Below, one piece after another: positions 49,721-64,000 of a stretch of DNA of 64,000 nucleotides (position 1 is the first letter of the stretch; each line of letters starts with the position of its first letter). Under the pieces are notes generated by a model. That model searched no databases. It worked only from the letters and a program-made list of their open reading frames with translations, and was not told the origin of the DNA. The stretch lies in NCBI GenBank assembly GCA_051294905.1, contig CM119371.1, positions 18,230,001-18,294,000 on the forward strand, written 5' to 3'. The stretch is from Botryllus schlosseri. Taxonomy: Eukaryota. Position numbers and translations under genes: made by a program.

Positions 49721-51327
49721 GTCTTCTGGCCTCTTACAAAATGTCTATACAGTAATTTTCCAAAACTCCAAAAATGTTCGCGGCACACCAGAGAATCTGT
49801 GGCGGCACACAGTTTTGGAATCACTGCTATACATCATTTTAAGGTGATTTGAAATGTTCGCATTGCACTCCGTGATAATGCTGCTGGCTGATCACGACAG
49901 ATATATCGTTTCCACTTACTCGCGTAGCTTTCTACTCTGTCGTGATACGACTAATCGCGGTTTCAACGCTCCCCTAATGGGGAAAATGCATCGAAACTGT
50001 AATTGGCGCTAATAATGATATAACTCTTAGTGGGTAGAGGCGTCTAATCTAAGCACTAGAAAAAACATCGTCTCACACAACTCGACTAAAATCAATTGCA
50101 AGTAATATTCGACTAGGATGTGAGTACATGATATGCTCACTGCTCAGTCCAAGTAACTACGCTGTAAAACTAAATAGTTATTATTAAACATCGATTAAAC
50201 ACTTTCACGCAAACTAAGGCAAACTGTAACGTACGGTATGCTTCATAAATGCATCCAATTTTCTTTCATTGGATATAGCGCAATTGCCAGCCGACGAACA
50301 AGGATAGTTCATAAATAGCAACCGTAACTGATGTGGTCTCATTACATACGCACAAAATGTAGCTCTTATGCAATCCCTAGTGACTGGATTAGATGCACCA
50401 TACATGAATTCTTACCGCAAATATCATTAGCAGACTATTACCCCAATAGGCATCAATCGTATAATTCCATTTCAGGATATGCATTCTACAGCTTCTCCCC
50501 GCATAATTATGCAAAATAGTTGCCCATGCGTTTGAAATTGTCTCTGCCTAAACGTCTGTCGCTAACGACAGAAGTATACTCTGTATGGTTCACACCGTAC
50601 AATAGTCGGTCGGAGTTGACGCTCAGTCCCTTTGGACTGATGCCATTTTGACGCTGTCGTAAACTAGCTAGAATTATATCTATGAAGGTGCATCACCGCA
50701 TACATATGTCATGCGTAATAGGAAACATTGGTTACAATTTAAACACTACCACTATCCAACAGCCTGCTGGCCTCTACATATACTGCACGGAAGATGCCAG
50801 ATTACGAATTGGTGAGTAAAACAAAGCAATAAACAGAAACTAGCGGCATAATCACGATCCTTTTTAATAGCGCGCGTCGAAATGGAATAATCGATACGAT
50901 GAGAATTATGAAAAATTCCCATGCATCCATGCCAAGAAATTCTAAGCTTTGTTTACGGGCGTTTTTATGCAGATTAGGAATGAAGTTATCGAAAGGACTG
51001 CACTGTCACGCTTTTCTCAACGTTGAGCTAGTCATGTACTTCCGCATTACCGGCATCCTTCTGTCTATCTGTTGACTGTTGGTGTCAACTGCTACACAAG
51101 CAGCAAAATCTCCGTTTCTTGTGTATGAAAATAGCAAGAGTCTCTGTAAACAATTGACGCATACTGCGAATCTCGCGAGGTTAACCAAGGAATGTCACAC
51201 AACGCCACTGGAGTCGGTTTCAACATATTCTAAAGCAGTGCACTTCAACCTCTTTTTAGATTTTTGTATTGCTACACCCTTAATAATTGTAGCTCTCTAC
51301 GTTACTACTAAAAAGACGTATGACGAC

Positions 51328-51749
51328 TAGGGCTGGGCAAAATCTAGTACCTGAGTGATTCGATTCTGAATCACGTATTATGCTTCGAGTCGAGTCGAGT
51401 ATTCGAGTATCTATCATTATGACGTCATAACAGCATGAAAGATATCGAAAGTTTAAATATGTACCTTTTATGCTACCTCAAAGAATATAATGCCTGTTAA
51501 GCACCACAAAGTAAATTTGCAGCTATGTAATACAACTTTTCCATGATATGATACGACCAATCATGGTTTCAAGGCTGCCACATTGCAACATACTGTCGAA
51601 ACTATAATTTTCATCGATATATCAACTCTTAGTAGCATCGAAAGCATAATTTCAGTACTCGAAAAACTCATATTTTACTACTCGACTCGAATCATTGGAA
51701 TAAATACTCGATTCAGATTCGAGTACTCGAATCATTGTGCCCAGCCCTA
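51328..51749. mobile_element. hAT-type MITE (TAGGGCTGGGCA)
   Basis: Perfect TIR and TSD ATGACGAC. Confidence 0.88.
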
Positions 51750-54499
51750 ATGACGACCAAGAAAGGTCATAATTATTATCACCCGCTGAGTAAAAAAAAC
51801 TCAACAGCCCCGCGCGTCGCTAATCATGGTCCATATCACATAAAACCGCATTACCGTACTTTGGAGTGTCATGTTTCTCATGCACCAAAGTGCACCATTT
51901 CATACCATGCAGATTTTTATGCGTCCACGCCGGTTGAAGAGAGCTGCTCTAACACATTTCAACCGGTTTCGACACCGCAGACGTTGACACAAAGCAGAGG
52001 TGGTTACTGGTGAGTAAACGAGTACTTAAACTTTTTCGGAGTACGCAAGAACTACACAAGTAGGTAGGTACTCCAGAGTACTCAAGTATGTAATTCCACT
52101 GCTACGTGAACAATTTTTAGTCAATACTCCTTATATTTCACACTTTAGACTTTTTCGAGTAGAAAGCAATTTTGCGATAGGTTTGCAGCCCTTTCGTGAG
52201 TCAAATTGTCGAAAGAACCACGTGAAATATAGCCCCCTGCCGCGCGATTGTTGAATATTTAATTAGGAGATCGCATCTATTCGCAGTGTCACGAATCATT
52301 TTGCGTTCGTTCCGAATATACATCTTGCAATTGCGAATGTATAGTCGCCTCCGATTGGCTGCAAAAAGTATGTGACCGCTCGGTTAGTCTACTTCTGACT
52401 CCAGATCTTCATTTGCTGCTCCAACTTGATGGAGTTTTCACATGTCTCGAAAATCGCTACTTGTACTTGTAAGGGATTTGGAATTTATGGTTATTACTTC
52501 TACTTCTATACTTGATTAGCACGCTGACTGCTTTGACCGCCCTGCCAGTATTCGCATCAAAGGCGAGCTCTTTCATCGCACGAAATAATAACTTTCCTAA
52601 CGCTGACGACGTTAAACATAAATGCAGTGTGACGTAACACGCAGGTGACAATATTACCACAGCAGCAGCATGGAAGGCGGTGGAGATGATCTTTCGAAAC
52701 CACGAAAAATCGAAATAACGCGTTGAGCTAAGTAGCGCCTGCAATCTGCATTGAAAACCGCTTCGAAAAAGCAATGCAACTCACAAACTTGCACTTGTTC
52801 AACGCGCAGCCATTGTATGGCGAATGCGTGACTCACTTAGCAACGGAAAATCTCCAGACATCAAGACAAATGTCTATAGCTCTAGCGTCTATACAACGCG
52901 TACTGCATGCACAAACCCGATATACAATTCCTGCCAATGAATATTCTAGGTCCATGTAGCAACGCACGTAGAGATAGCATTTCACTTTCGCTTCTGGCAC
53001 ATCCATCCTACCTCACCAAAACATAGCGAACGTGTGATAAGATGATCAAATATGAAGCTCTATACCAGCCCATATGGTTTGATATCGAATGTCTCGCTCC
53101 TATGACGCAACCCAGAATTTATTGGTGATATTGCCTTTCGAAAGGCGGTTATTTTAATAATAGATTACTATCCAGGGTAAACAACCGGGTGATGCTACGT
53201 GGATTTACTGTTACTGGCCAATATAAGTGGGCAGCACTGGAACGCTATTTAATACACATCTACGCATGGTGAAGGAGCGGGTAATGACTAATGAGTTTGC
53301 TTGTCCAATGTGAATATAACACATACCCTATACTTCGTTAGGTTGCAGGGGATTGCGAAGAACGTATGCCACTGCTGGGGCAGTCAAGACAACAGTGATG
53401 AACAGTGATGGGCAACATACGGCCCGCGATTCCCCACATCTTGCTTGCTACGTAAAATTTTAGTGACTGTATTACTACATAATATGTGTGCGTAGCGTGC
53501 ATGGAGAGTGGAGCTTACGCGTTAAGTTTGTCGAAGCTTACATTATCGTATACATTATTAGTTTATTACATTACTTACATTATCGGCATTTACGATTTAC
53601 TCAACCCTAATGTTGTTTGTGGTAATCATGATGTTTGTCGACTACAATGGTCATTTACACCAGGCCGATATTTCTTATTTTTGATTCCCTAATTAATTGA
53701 TATATTGGGAAATTTGGGGTGCCGGGCTTATAGAAAGCCTTGAATCTTAATTAAGGATTGCACCGTATGTTGATTGATCAGAGAGAAGCAGACATGACGG
53801 GCGGCGTCGCCTGTACGACAACGCTGTTAAATAATCCACATTGTCTTCGTCGATATCGGCGAGAAATGGCTTTGCAGTGACATTGCTGTCGATAAAATAC
53901 ATTCATTAAATACGATGTATTCCTTGTATATGTGGATAAATTGGCGAATATTGTATCGATTTAGCAATCCGGCCCGCCGACTGGAGAAGTTTCCTGCCCC
54001 TGACTTAGTGGACGTGTGTGGTTTTTGTCAGCTATCCCTTCTGCTGCTGTTGTCGCAACACCACGAAAGGAAAATACGAGGTCGTTAAACTTTATAGCGT
54101 TGACATGCAAAGTTATATGGCCAAACGCGCTTTGTCAATAAAGAATTGGTTGATTTCATACCATTAAAACCTGTCGTCGTTTATGCGACGAGCTGTAGTT
54201 TCTCGCCAATAAATTAAACCAGGCCACCGCTCACCGGCCACAAGAGTCTTACTACGGCTTTACGAAAGTGTATGCGTATCTGTGTGTACTCATCACGTGA
54301 ATCCCCTCTTAACATCACGCAGTCAAGCGGAGTTACATCTAGATCACTTCCACTTCACCGGTACAGCCTTTGGCTTCGAGTTATTTCCATTTCAAATTTT
54401 GAAATGATGGCGAGCATAAACTGTTGGATTTCGTTTCGAAATCGCTCATCTATGTTATCAATTCTGCATCAATATCGGGTCTATTTATTAAACTCTGAT

Positions 54500-54800
54500 A
54501 GTTGTTTGTTGTTGTTGTTGTTGTTGTTTGTGGTATTCATCGTGTTTCGACTTCTATATTCAGTTTACACCAAGCCGAGATTCTATGTTGTGATTCCGTA
54601 TCTGCCGACTTGCAGCACGGCCCAGTTCTAGTCATTTACAAAACACCGCTTACGCAGATCACAAGGCGAGGAGGAGCTTCGATCAACCACCAACACTTTG
54701 GTGGGAATTCTGGAGTCGATCACGTTCGGACTCGAACCCGCAACCCATTGGTGTTGTAGCTGTGGAACGTACTTTATAACTGCTCGCAACCGCCACTAGG
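54500..54800 (-). mobile_element. Second tRNA-derived SINE candidate with a (CAA)n tail
   Basis: Minus-strand B box GGTTCGAGTCC (~54728-54738) with a weak A box upstream; (GTT)n microsatellite at 54501-54528 as the tail. Confidence 0.5.
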
Positions 54801-57800
54801 AAGTCGTTATATGATTCGCATAAATCGCTACTTCCAATCCACTAGCCACTGACTGAATTTTCTACCATCACTGTTGCATTTACTCGAGTGGCATCGAAAA
54901 CTATACATGGCCCACCATAGGTTGCCTCACACATGACAGTAATTCCAACAGACCAAAATGGGCTGCGTTATTTGACAGTGCGCCCGACTACTTTTGTGAA
55001 GAATCCAAACACGTTGCTAATATTCCACGAATTCCAATTTTTGGAGCCGATATACGTAGAGATCACCGGCTTATAGTCGAAAGTTATCATTTACAATAAC
55101 AACCGATTGCTTCCGCATACAGTTCAGGACAAGCATTCGCTAAGTTTAGTTACGTTCAAGTTTCTCCTGAAGCACCAGCTGGTTCACAGAAAGTTCAAGT
55201 TCCTAATTGAAGGACAAGATAGTTTGCAATCTCGTGTGCAGAGAATAATATTTGTAGTTATTACCATTTCGACATTTTGAGCAGAAGTACACATTCATGT
55301 CGCAACGAATGGCATTCGAAATTGTTTTAAAACTGTAAAATCTGAGCAGCTTGAAAGAAGTTGAAGAGCACCTATACGCAACACTGCTCACTGTGAAGTC
55401 ATAACTGTTTTCTACGTCACAAGGGGTGTTAAACGTCACCACAAATTATGAATTTTCACTGCCAAATTTTCGTGTCCTGGGTACGCCAGTGATGACAGCT
55501 GAAAGGTATTTCTAGTTGCGAAATGCGCATCTTCCGCGAGTCAAAGAACAAAACTAACTTGCCCAGACTGTCGCAGCGTGACTTGATTCATATAGTAATG
55601 TACTGTACAATGTACATTATTATAGCTTAGCTCCGAGCACTACTGTAGGCTATAAGTTATGTCAGCCACAGCGAAGAGTCTAGGAAACTTATTCTATGAC
55701 AAGCGCAGGTCCATATCCCTGCAACACGATGGAGACGATTTTGATCCGACCATCAACAAGACTACAATCCTCGACGTCGTGATTGGATATTAGATACCGT
55801 ACGTAATTTAATTATTTCCAATTTTTACACTGTTTGACTAAACTGTATCATATCTTGTGCGCTCCTTGTCAAAGGGCAATTATCGCCTTGAAACATATAT
55901 TCCAGAGATTATGTGATTTACTATTTTAAGATTCACACACTGTCCCGGAATTGACCCGCCGATCTAAAGCAAATAATGACTTCGTTCGGGAATCACATGG
56001 CCGTTGAATGTATAATTATCACATGAAAGTCAAATCCAAAATAATAATACTGTTCCGCAAAAGTCGCAGCTCCAAATCCGGCCAACATCTTCGAAGCCTT
56101 TTTAAAAGTGAAATATATTTTACTTCATATCTATCTGACATATTAGTTATTTACTGACGCTGCATGATGTATCATTTTACGCATAGGTCTCACCGATACT
56201 TGTCAGCCCTACCGGACCACAATATGGTATATCAACCTCACCTAATGCCGACATATACCGTATTCATTTTCGGCGCTTCATTTTATGTTATTCTTTCTTA
56301 AATCCAGTGTGCATGCCTCTTATTTACATGCAGTAGGCCATGGTGGGTGTCTGAATAAAAGTCTACTCCAAATCGTTTCGGCACCCATCCTATCTTTTCA
56401 ATTTTATATCACAATCTTGTGATGTATTGACTGGATGAAAATTTTAGTATAGTGATGATGATAATGAGATCAAGTCATCATCACGGAAAGTCATTGATCT
56501 ATTGTAGATTATCGGAAAACGCACTGGTAGTGATAGTAAGTCACGACTAGGAACGACAGTGCGTCTAACCCACTGAGTTATATATAACCTCATAATAGTA
56601 TTACAAAGGCAATGAACTATGGCATATCATAGAAGGCCTGTTACCGGGCTATAATATACTGGCTGTTGTTTGGCCGTCGCATCACTCATTTCCCTGTACG
56701 CAATTATGGAAATCATGCCATGCGATTCTGATGTCGCCGTTCCACATTTTACGATGCTATTTCTATCTGTGTAAGACTGGAGGCTAGCGTGATCACTTAT
56801 TCTATTACTCAATCAAGCCGAGCTTGAAGTAGACGCTGCCAAGTTATGTGCATTATGTTCCCTGTGCAATATATTCTCTGTGAGTCATCTCCGCCTCTAT
56901 GCATGATCGCTATCTCGCATTATAAAATCTTCTACGTAAGCATGGCAACTTACACCTCTTCCAACTGCTTGCTGCCAGCTCTAACGCGGAAATATTTCCG
57001 TTAGGGTTACAAGTACTGGCCAGCAAGGTCTCACACATCGCTTCAATGCGATAGCGGTTCCATGCATCATACTGCATAGACAAGCCTAAAGCGTGACTCA
57101 ATATATGGCTTCCGTATCTGACTCAGCAGAAAGAAATAGCGTTTGTGATCTTGCACAATCGGTAAAAGACAACAAGGAAACACGTTCTTGAATAAGGACT
57201 TCAAATATTATACAGTTAGACATATAAATACCCATCCGAAAAAAACGGTGTCCCAACTAACTGTGGGCAGAGAAAATAACGGCGTATTTATGAGGAATAT
57301 TGAGTAATAATTACATAAGTGTCGCGTATCGGCGAAATTTTCTGTTGAATATAAAATTAATTGGTTCATCCAATGTGGGGTGAACGACCGCATATTTGAC
57401 TATGCACATGTACCTTGCACCATCTCATTAAATAATAACTCTGAGCGCATTACTTGCGAACATAATCAACAGAGATAGGCCTACTGGCCAAGTCGATAGC
57501 GATATCTTGCGGATTGCATTATGTCACTTGATTAGGTGGGTGCTGCATGGCTCGGTCAAACTTCATTCGTAGGGCACCTGTATTTGATAAACCTTAGATA
57601 GCGATTTCTGGTCTGCCTTCCATGTTTGGCCACGGTGATACAAAATATTGGATAACGATAAATAAATAACCTATTTAGCAGTGAACACTCGCACGCGCAT
57701 TAGCACGCCTCTGTAATAAGATTTGGCTTGTGGATGCATCTACTTTTTCGGAGTAATACTCAAGCTGAGGTAGTCAAATAGTCGTGTTGCTACTCATGTA

Positions 57801-58572
57801 TTAGAAGTGAAAATAGCTATTTCAAAGACATGAAAAACTACTCGAAGTAGAAGGTAGAAAATAAAGATATGAAAAGTACTCAATCACGAAGCTTCAAAAA
57901 GTAGATTTTATCGAGTATAGTCGCATACTTTCAGCAGTAAATCGGAGGCGGATATACTTTCGTTATCGCTTGATGCATGGTGTAGCGAAAATTTTGGAGG
58001 ATAGGTATTCAATGCGGGACAATGGATACATGACGTTGGGGCATTGTGATAATTAGATATGGTACCGGTAGTTATCGTTGGTACTCAAGTATAAGCAGTA
58101 TACCGACGTTATTTCAACTCTCGTACAAGTAGAAGTATAGATATTACGAATTAAGCAAAAAGTAAGTATTTGTAGGCATAGTTTTGACTAAAATTCATAG
58201 TGGAAGTGGATGGTGCCTAAAATCAGAACCACACGAGTAAACTGTGCAAGTAGGGAAAACCTATTGAGTACTGTGCAAAGGTAGAAGTAATTCGTTACTG
58301 ACCTCTGACCTCGTTACCTCTGGGTATAACCCTACAATTTTCATTCGCAGCTCTCAAAATTTCAATAGAACTACGCTCACAATGCACGCTACACTCCAAA
58401 CTAGCATAATTAGCGGTAGCTCGTGAGTTCGATCGCTGCGGCCTGGTCAAACCAATAAAGACCAGGTAATTAGTAACACCAACATCCATGACTTCTCCGC
58501 TTGGCGCTCAGCATTACCGGGATAGCATGAAGGGGTGGTGCACGATTTAGAAAGCCTTACAAGGCTATATCT

Positions 58573-59114
58573 CAGGGACGGGCAACATACGGCCCGCGAA
58601 GGGAGTTTGACCGGCCCGCAGAGAGTTTCTACCCTGAAAGTGGAATTCTATTCTGGAAGTATTGACAATTTTTTTGCCTCACAGAATGAATCCAAGTTTG
58701 CCAACCAGAGAAAGATAGACATGAAACTATTTGCTCTGTTCGGGTGTACAATTTCGACCATGAATATTAACATTAACAAGAAAAAGCTGCGTTCCAATCT
58801 GACTGATGTTCACGTGTAGGCTTTACTATTGGTTTCTATACATACGACATGGAGCTAGAGTTCAAAGAACTTGTTGACAACTTTGACCGACCACAGATGT
58901 CTGATGACTTCAACGGCTACTGTTAATAAATTCAACAAATACTGTTTTTGGTGTCTATGCTTTAATCTTAAAGTTTACATTAAATACGATTTATTTCTTT
59001 TATAGGTAGACAAATACGCGATTAGTGTATACTGTATATATTCTGTAATCCGGCCCGCCAAGTACTTCATTGCCCCATATCCGACCCGCCGACTAGAGAA
59101 GTTACCCGCCCCTG
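58573..59114. mobile_element. hAT MITE (CGGCCCGC repeats) inserted in a MetaSINE-like SINE
   Basis: CAGGGACGGGCAAC/GTTACCCGCCCCTG; perfect TSD CTATATCT; SINE sequence resumes after it; relative at ~53403-54002. Confidence 0.85.
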
Positions 59115-59614
59115 CTATATCTGCAACTTCCATGTCCAGCGGCATATGCACATCATGCACTCACAGATCGCGTGTATACTGTATGTATATCATGCGTCGG
59201 CGTATACGCCGCAAAAACATCAAGGACAAAAATGTACTACGTCCTATTCCTATTTGCCGGTGCTATACGCGAATCTGGTGACATTCGTTACAAATTAGTT
59301 CCGCCGTAGCGTGTAATACGACGCGATGATAGTGCATGGATATCAAGGGCTAAATACATCCGGACGTTAGGTAGTAGCTGCTTAGTTGTTACTCATGCAA
59401 AGTCCCCGACTACTGATGCCAATGCCCATATAGGCATCCGGTGATTGTATAGTACGTTACCATGATACCCGGTAGTCTAGTATACTGGGCAGCATTATTC
59501 GGCATGTAGTATCAGTTTCGTGGTCAATTATGGCAAAATTCGAATTGCTAAGGCCCGTGGAATACATGGGAATTTCCATGAAAGACGTCAGGCGAAAACG
59601 TAATGTATTGTAGG

Positions 59615-60143
59615 TAGGGCTGGGCACAATGATTCGAGTACTCGAATCTGAATCGAGTATTAATTTTGATGATTCGAGTCGAGTAGTAAAAGACGATTTT
59701 TTCGAGTACTGAAATTATACTCTCCTCGCCACTGAAAGTTGATTTATCAACGAGGAGTTTATCAACGATCAACGAGTTTATGCTAATTTCACTGTTGAAG
59801 CCTTGAAACCTTGATTGGCCGTATCGTAGCATACGAAACATGAAGTACAAAGCTACGAACGTTACTGGATATAGCACATTTTCGAAGTCATGATCCACCC
59901 ACAATATTGTCACCAAGTGCAATGAAATCGGTAGGGTCGAAAAAAATAACAAAGTATCCTTAATATGATGGATAACAGGGATTATATTCTTTGTGGTCGC
60001 TTAAAAGGTACATATTTGAACTTTGACAAATAATATTCTGCTATGACGTCATAATGAGTGATAGTCGATTACTCGACTCGACTCGAAGCATTTTACGTGA
60101 TTCAGAATCGAATCACTCAGGTACTCGATTTTGCCCAGCCCTA
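59615..60143. mobile_element. hAT-type MITE, inverted relative of 51328-51749
   Basis: TAGGGCTGGGCA/TGCCCAGCCCTA; TSD ATTGTAGG. Confidence 0.88.
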
Positions 60144-63100
60144 ATTGTAGGTATAAGCATCTGTGATGAGATGGGTGTTGACTCGGTAGACAGGTAAACA
60201 CACATAGCTATTTTCGTTCGCCAAAAATTTAGAAGCCCGTCCGGCTAGAATCCAAAACCTCAATCCTGAACCATCTGCGCTGAGCGAGCATGCTAAATGC
60301 GCACCTGGTTACGTTACACTGCAAGAATCATATTTCGATTTCGAAGAAAGTACAATTTTGTTGACCATTGCAACGATTATTATAACTCGTTATCATGACG
60401 AAAATTTTACAGGAACAAATCTGTACTTACCGACATGTTGTATGTTCGCTGAGAATACCAGCGCGAAATCGCGCAGCGCACAGCCAAGTGGATTAGTAGA
60501 CCATAAGATTGATAATACTTATTTAAAGCTGTTAAATCGGTAATTCGTGGTAAGAGAAATGCCTCGGAAACAATGCGCCTTCAACAAATTCGATCCAGCC
60601 ATAGCATAGCATATATACCGATAATCCAACAATAATGCAGCAAAGCCTAAAACTCCGCACTGTGTCGGGACGTTCCAAACTATAATAGAGTAAATGCGTT
60701 ATATGCAAACATAAAAGTGAATATGCCTAAACCAGAGGTGTGCTTGTGCAACCTAAGCTGCGCAATCTTTGTCAACGAGCCGCAGGTTGCACAATGCACA
60801 CTACACAGTGCACACCCCTGTCTCATATCGAATCTGCTCTGACCAATGCAAATTATACAATTGCGTAACACTAACATTAATTTGGCGACTCGACACGCGC
60901 GCTGCCAGCTATGAATCTACTGTTTAGAAGTGTGGCGTAAATATACAGCGCTAGGAACGCGAAGCTGATATCCTGTAGCCTACCGGTAAAGTTTATGAAC
61001 TGGTTGCTGGTTTTACAAGTTACATTCAATTGATTGCTGCAAGATGGCCTACCATACCATCTCACACCCAGGTAAACTTCTTGAGAATAAATGTCGATAT
61101 AGTTGCAGTGATAGGGTATACAGCAACGGTTGGGAACCCCTGGCACGCGTGTCAAAAAAGTCAAAAAAGAGGACCAATCCTTTTAAAAGAGGACGTACGG
61201 CAACCCTACCTAGATGCTATATAGAACGAATTTCCATCGCGGTATCATTTTCTGAAACAAGGAGTCCTTGAAGCTTTTCTGCACGATTATTCCAGTGCAA
61301 AAGAAAATTTGTAATGCAATAACAAAAATAGACATTTTTTTAAGTTTCAGTTTGTATTACTACGTCCGGGGCTGTATTGCAATGAGCTGACAGTAGATAT
61401 ACGAGATCAATGTTACCAGTTGCGCGAAGTTGTCTCTATATCACAGTAAGAGTCACTTAGGAAATTGTGCCTATTTATGCGCGATCACTGATTAAACAAA
61501 ACATTCTCAACCAGTCGAGAAGATGAATTTTGCTATTTTGTAAGCTTACGGATGCCTTTGAAGTTTGAACTTCTACTGATTCAAACTGATTAATTCAGTA
61601 TTTGCCAGACATTTTACTGCTCCATACTTCCATTTCAAGTAATATATTTATTGAAAACATTCTGATTTGCTGAGATATTTTTGGGTACATTTGCAGCTGG
61701 CACTTATGGGGAAGTTTTATATGAGACTACATGCGTTGTATCCCTACAATGGTTGTATGTATAGCATCGAAATTGAAACACTATTTTTATATATTGCAGT
61801 TTCGGCGTGTGTCGCCGTGTTCCCACCTGGTTTCGGTGCATATCATGCAAATTCTGCTACTCAAGAACCAGTAATTGGTACGCCTGTATACCATATCACT
61901 AATTGCTACGAAGCTACACGCGCGCAAGCGGGCGAGAAATATTGGACAACTTATATGGACTGTACCAGTACGAATATCTTGACCATCGCGAGTGCACCAG
62001 CGGTCAATGTACTTTCTTTGTTCTGGTTCTGTCAGTTAAAATGCAAAACTGCAATATCAGATTCTCCGTATCATTGGTAATGACCAGGAACGCCTGGATA
62101 TGCGACCAATAGAACTCGACCGATAAAGGTTGATATCACATTAAGGATTGCATTTAAAACAAACGATGTTTTAAAACGCTTTGTTTAAAATATGTTTTAA
62201 ACAGTTTTTTAAACAAATGCCTTTTTTCAAAAAACAATTTTCTTTTAAAGCGTTGTCTAATTATGCCATAATTATGGAAATATATCCGAAAAACATGATG
62301 CTACGGTCGATTTCCGTCCAATATAGTCGACGTATACGTTGTGGGGTGGCTGGAACCCTCAAAATCGTCGTCGGTTCAGCAGTTACAGCATATATATTAT
62401 ATATCATTGATCCGGAATGGATCTTCTGATGATGAAGACCACCGACCGCGAAAATGCTGCATAACGATGTAGTCCTGGTTAAGGATAATTTTGGTCTGTC
62501 TATGACAGTGGTCGGAATCGGAAGCCCTTTTCGTCTAAGAAGCCATTATTTACCCTACATTTTCAATTGTCAATGTCAATACATTGAGACGTCACAATGA
62601 AATATTCGTGACGTCATCGCTAAAATTCATTTTTAAACGAGGGCCAATATTTAAACATTTTTGTTTTAAATACAACCCTAATCACACATCGAATGAAATA
62701 TCGGTATCAGCCATTTGAGTCAATTTTGATATTGTCGCGCCTTGTCGCGCCATCTGGCTTACAGGTTTCCAGAGATGAAGCGTTTGTAGTTTATTCCATT
62801 GAACAAGCATAGCAACGGCTGTAAAGCTAGTCAAATAAGTGCTCTGAACCTTTGGAAATGTACCGCCGCTAGATGTTAGATCTTTTGAAAGGACGCTAAT
62901 GAAGGTTTTAGCGGTATCGGCCCAAAAATCTGATATCGTTCGTGCTCTAGCGACCAAAAATTGGCAGGGTGAAGGATTTTGATTTCTAAATATACAATAT
63001 ATAAGAAAGTTAGAATAGTAGTTCCAATGCGGTCACTGCCGCGAAATAGTTCGCGACTTCCTCGCATACGAATCGAAAACGCATAATTACAGGACAGGCG

Positions 63101-64000
63101 CGTCCTGATAGTACAATTACAATATATTGAGCGCTAATTACAACAGAACACATCGTTCGATAAAGTATATGACGGACCACGACTGAGGAACAGTATTTCG
63201 CCGGCAATCCAACAGTGTTCGAGCATGTTCCCCACATTCAAGTCAAAACACACGTAGATTCTACTTGCTAAATCCTATAGTCAATGCTTGAGAATACGTG
63301 ACCACGATCTGACATATCGACGTCGCCTATACCAACTTAATTTCGTCGCTTTACCCTTTTATCTTATCTACTATTGCTTGCATGCAGCACAAAGTGGTGT
63401 CTGATTGAGCGCTCAATCAATCAATCAGTTTTATTAATATTTTCATCATTTCAAAACATCACAAGATTGCGATGCAATGAAAAGATAGGAAGGTGTCGAA
63501 ACAACTTGGAGATCAGACACCCACCTTAGCCTAGACGAAGTAAAGAAGAGGCCTGCACACTGAATGAAAAGTAATGCAGAGAATATAAGACGCAAGCTGG
63601 TTACTACAAGTCGTTTCGATTTCCTTCCTATCTATTCATTTAATATAAATCTTGTGGTGTTTTAAGATATTAAGAATATTAATTAATAGACCGAACTGAA
63701 GAGCTACCAGCCATCTCTCACGGTACGACCATAGCTATAGCTATAGCCCCAGAACCAAGCTCAAATTTCTGTGTGAGGTGAGTACTGGTACCACTGCGCA
63801 GTAGTGTAGAATATTTCGTAGTCGCAGATATTGTGAGCGAATGTCATCATGATCAAATGAGGTTCGTCCATTCCATAGCTACATTGTTTACAACGGAGGT
63901 AATTTTGGTGACGATATCGACTGGCCCGCGTAATCCACTTTATAATCACCTTATTCGGATTATTTCATGTTTGTAAAATTTTGATTTCGACATCCGAGTG

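Noticed and set aside
61667..62957. ORFs of 82-137 aa near the window end
   Set aside because: No domain signature or consistent splice sites that I could support.

Overview
AT-rich, intron-containing animal genomic DNA. A marine invertebrate deuterostome, probably an ascidian, is my inference only. The window holds a tRNA-Glu(TTC) gene and two minus-strand protein genes whose exon chains I reconstructed by hand. One is RPLP2 (111 aa, TCT/TOP start), whose introns host a box C/D snoRNA (SNORD51/32-type guide for 28S) and a box H/ACA snoRNA candidate. The other is a 13-exon, ~780-aa FYB/ADAP-like adaptor with one helically extended SH3 domain, acidic Tyr motifs and ~16 P-x-W repeats. At 1022-5836 is a P-superfamily-like transposon (228-bp TIRs, TATAGA ends, 7-bp TSD). 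It carries a spliced C2H2/P-transposase-C-terminal-like gene that the ORF track shows only in fragments, because a Merlin-type foldback filled with telomere-like satellite interrupts it; removing that insert restores a 323-aa frame. The rest is dense in hAT MITEs (many with verified 8-bp TSDs), Penelope ends with minimal hammerhead ribozyme motifs, MetaSINE-like SINEs and an L2/Crack-type LINE 3' end. I recognised no gene in 41-64 kb.
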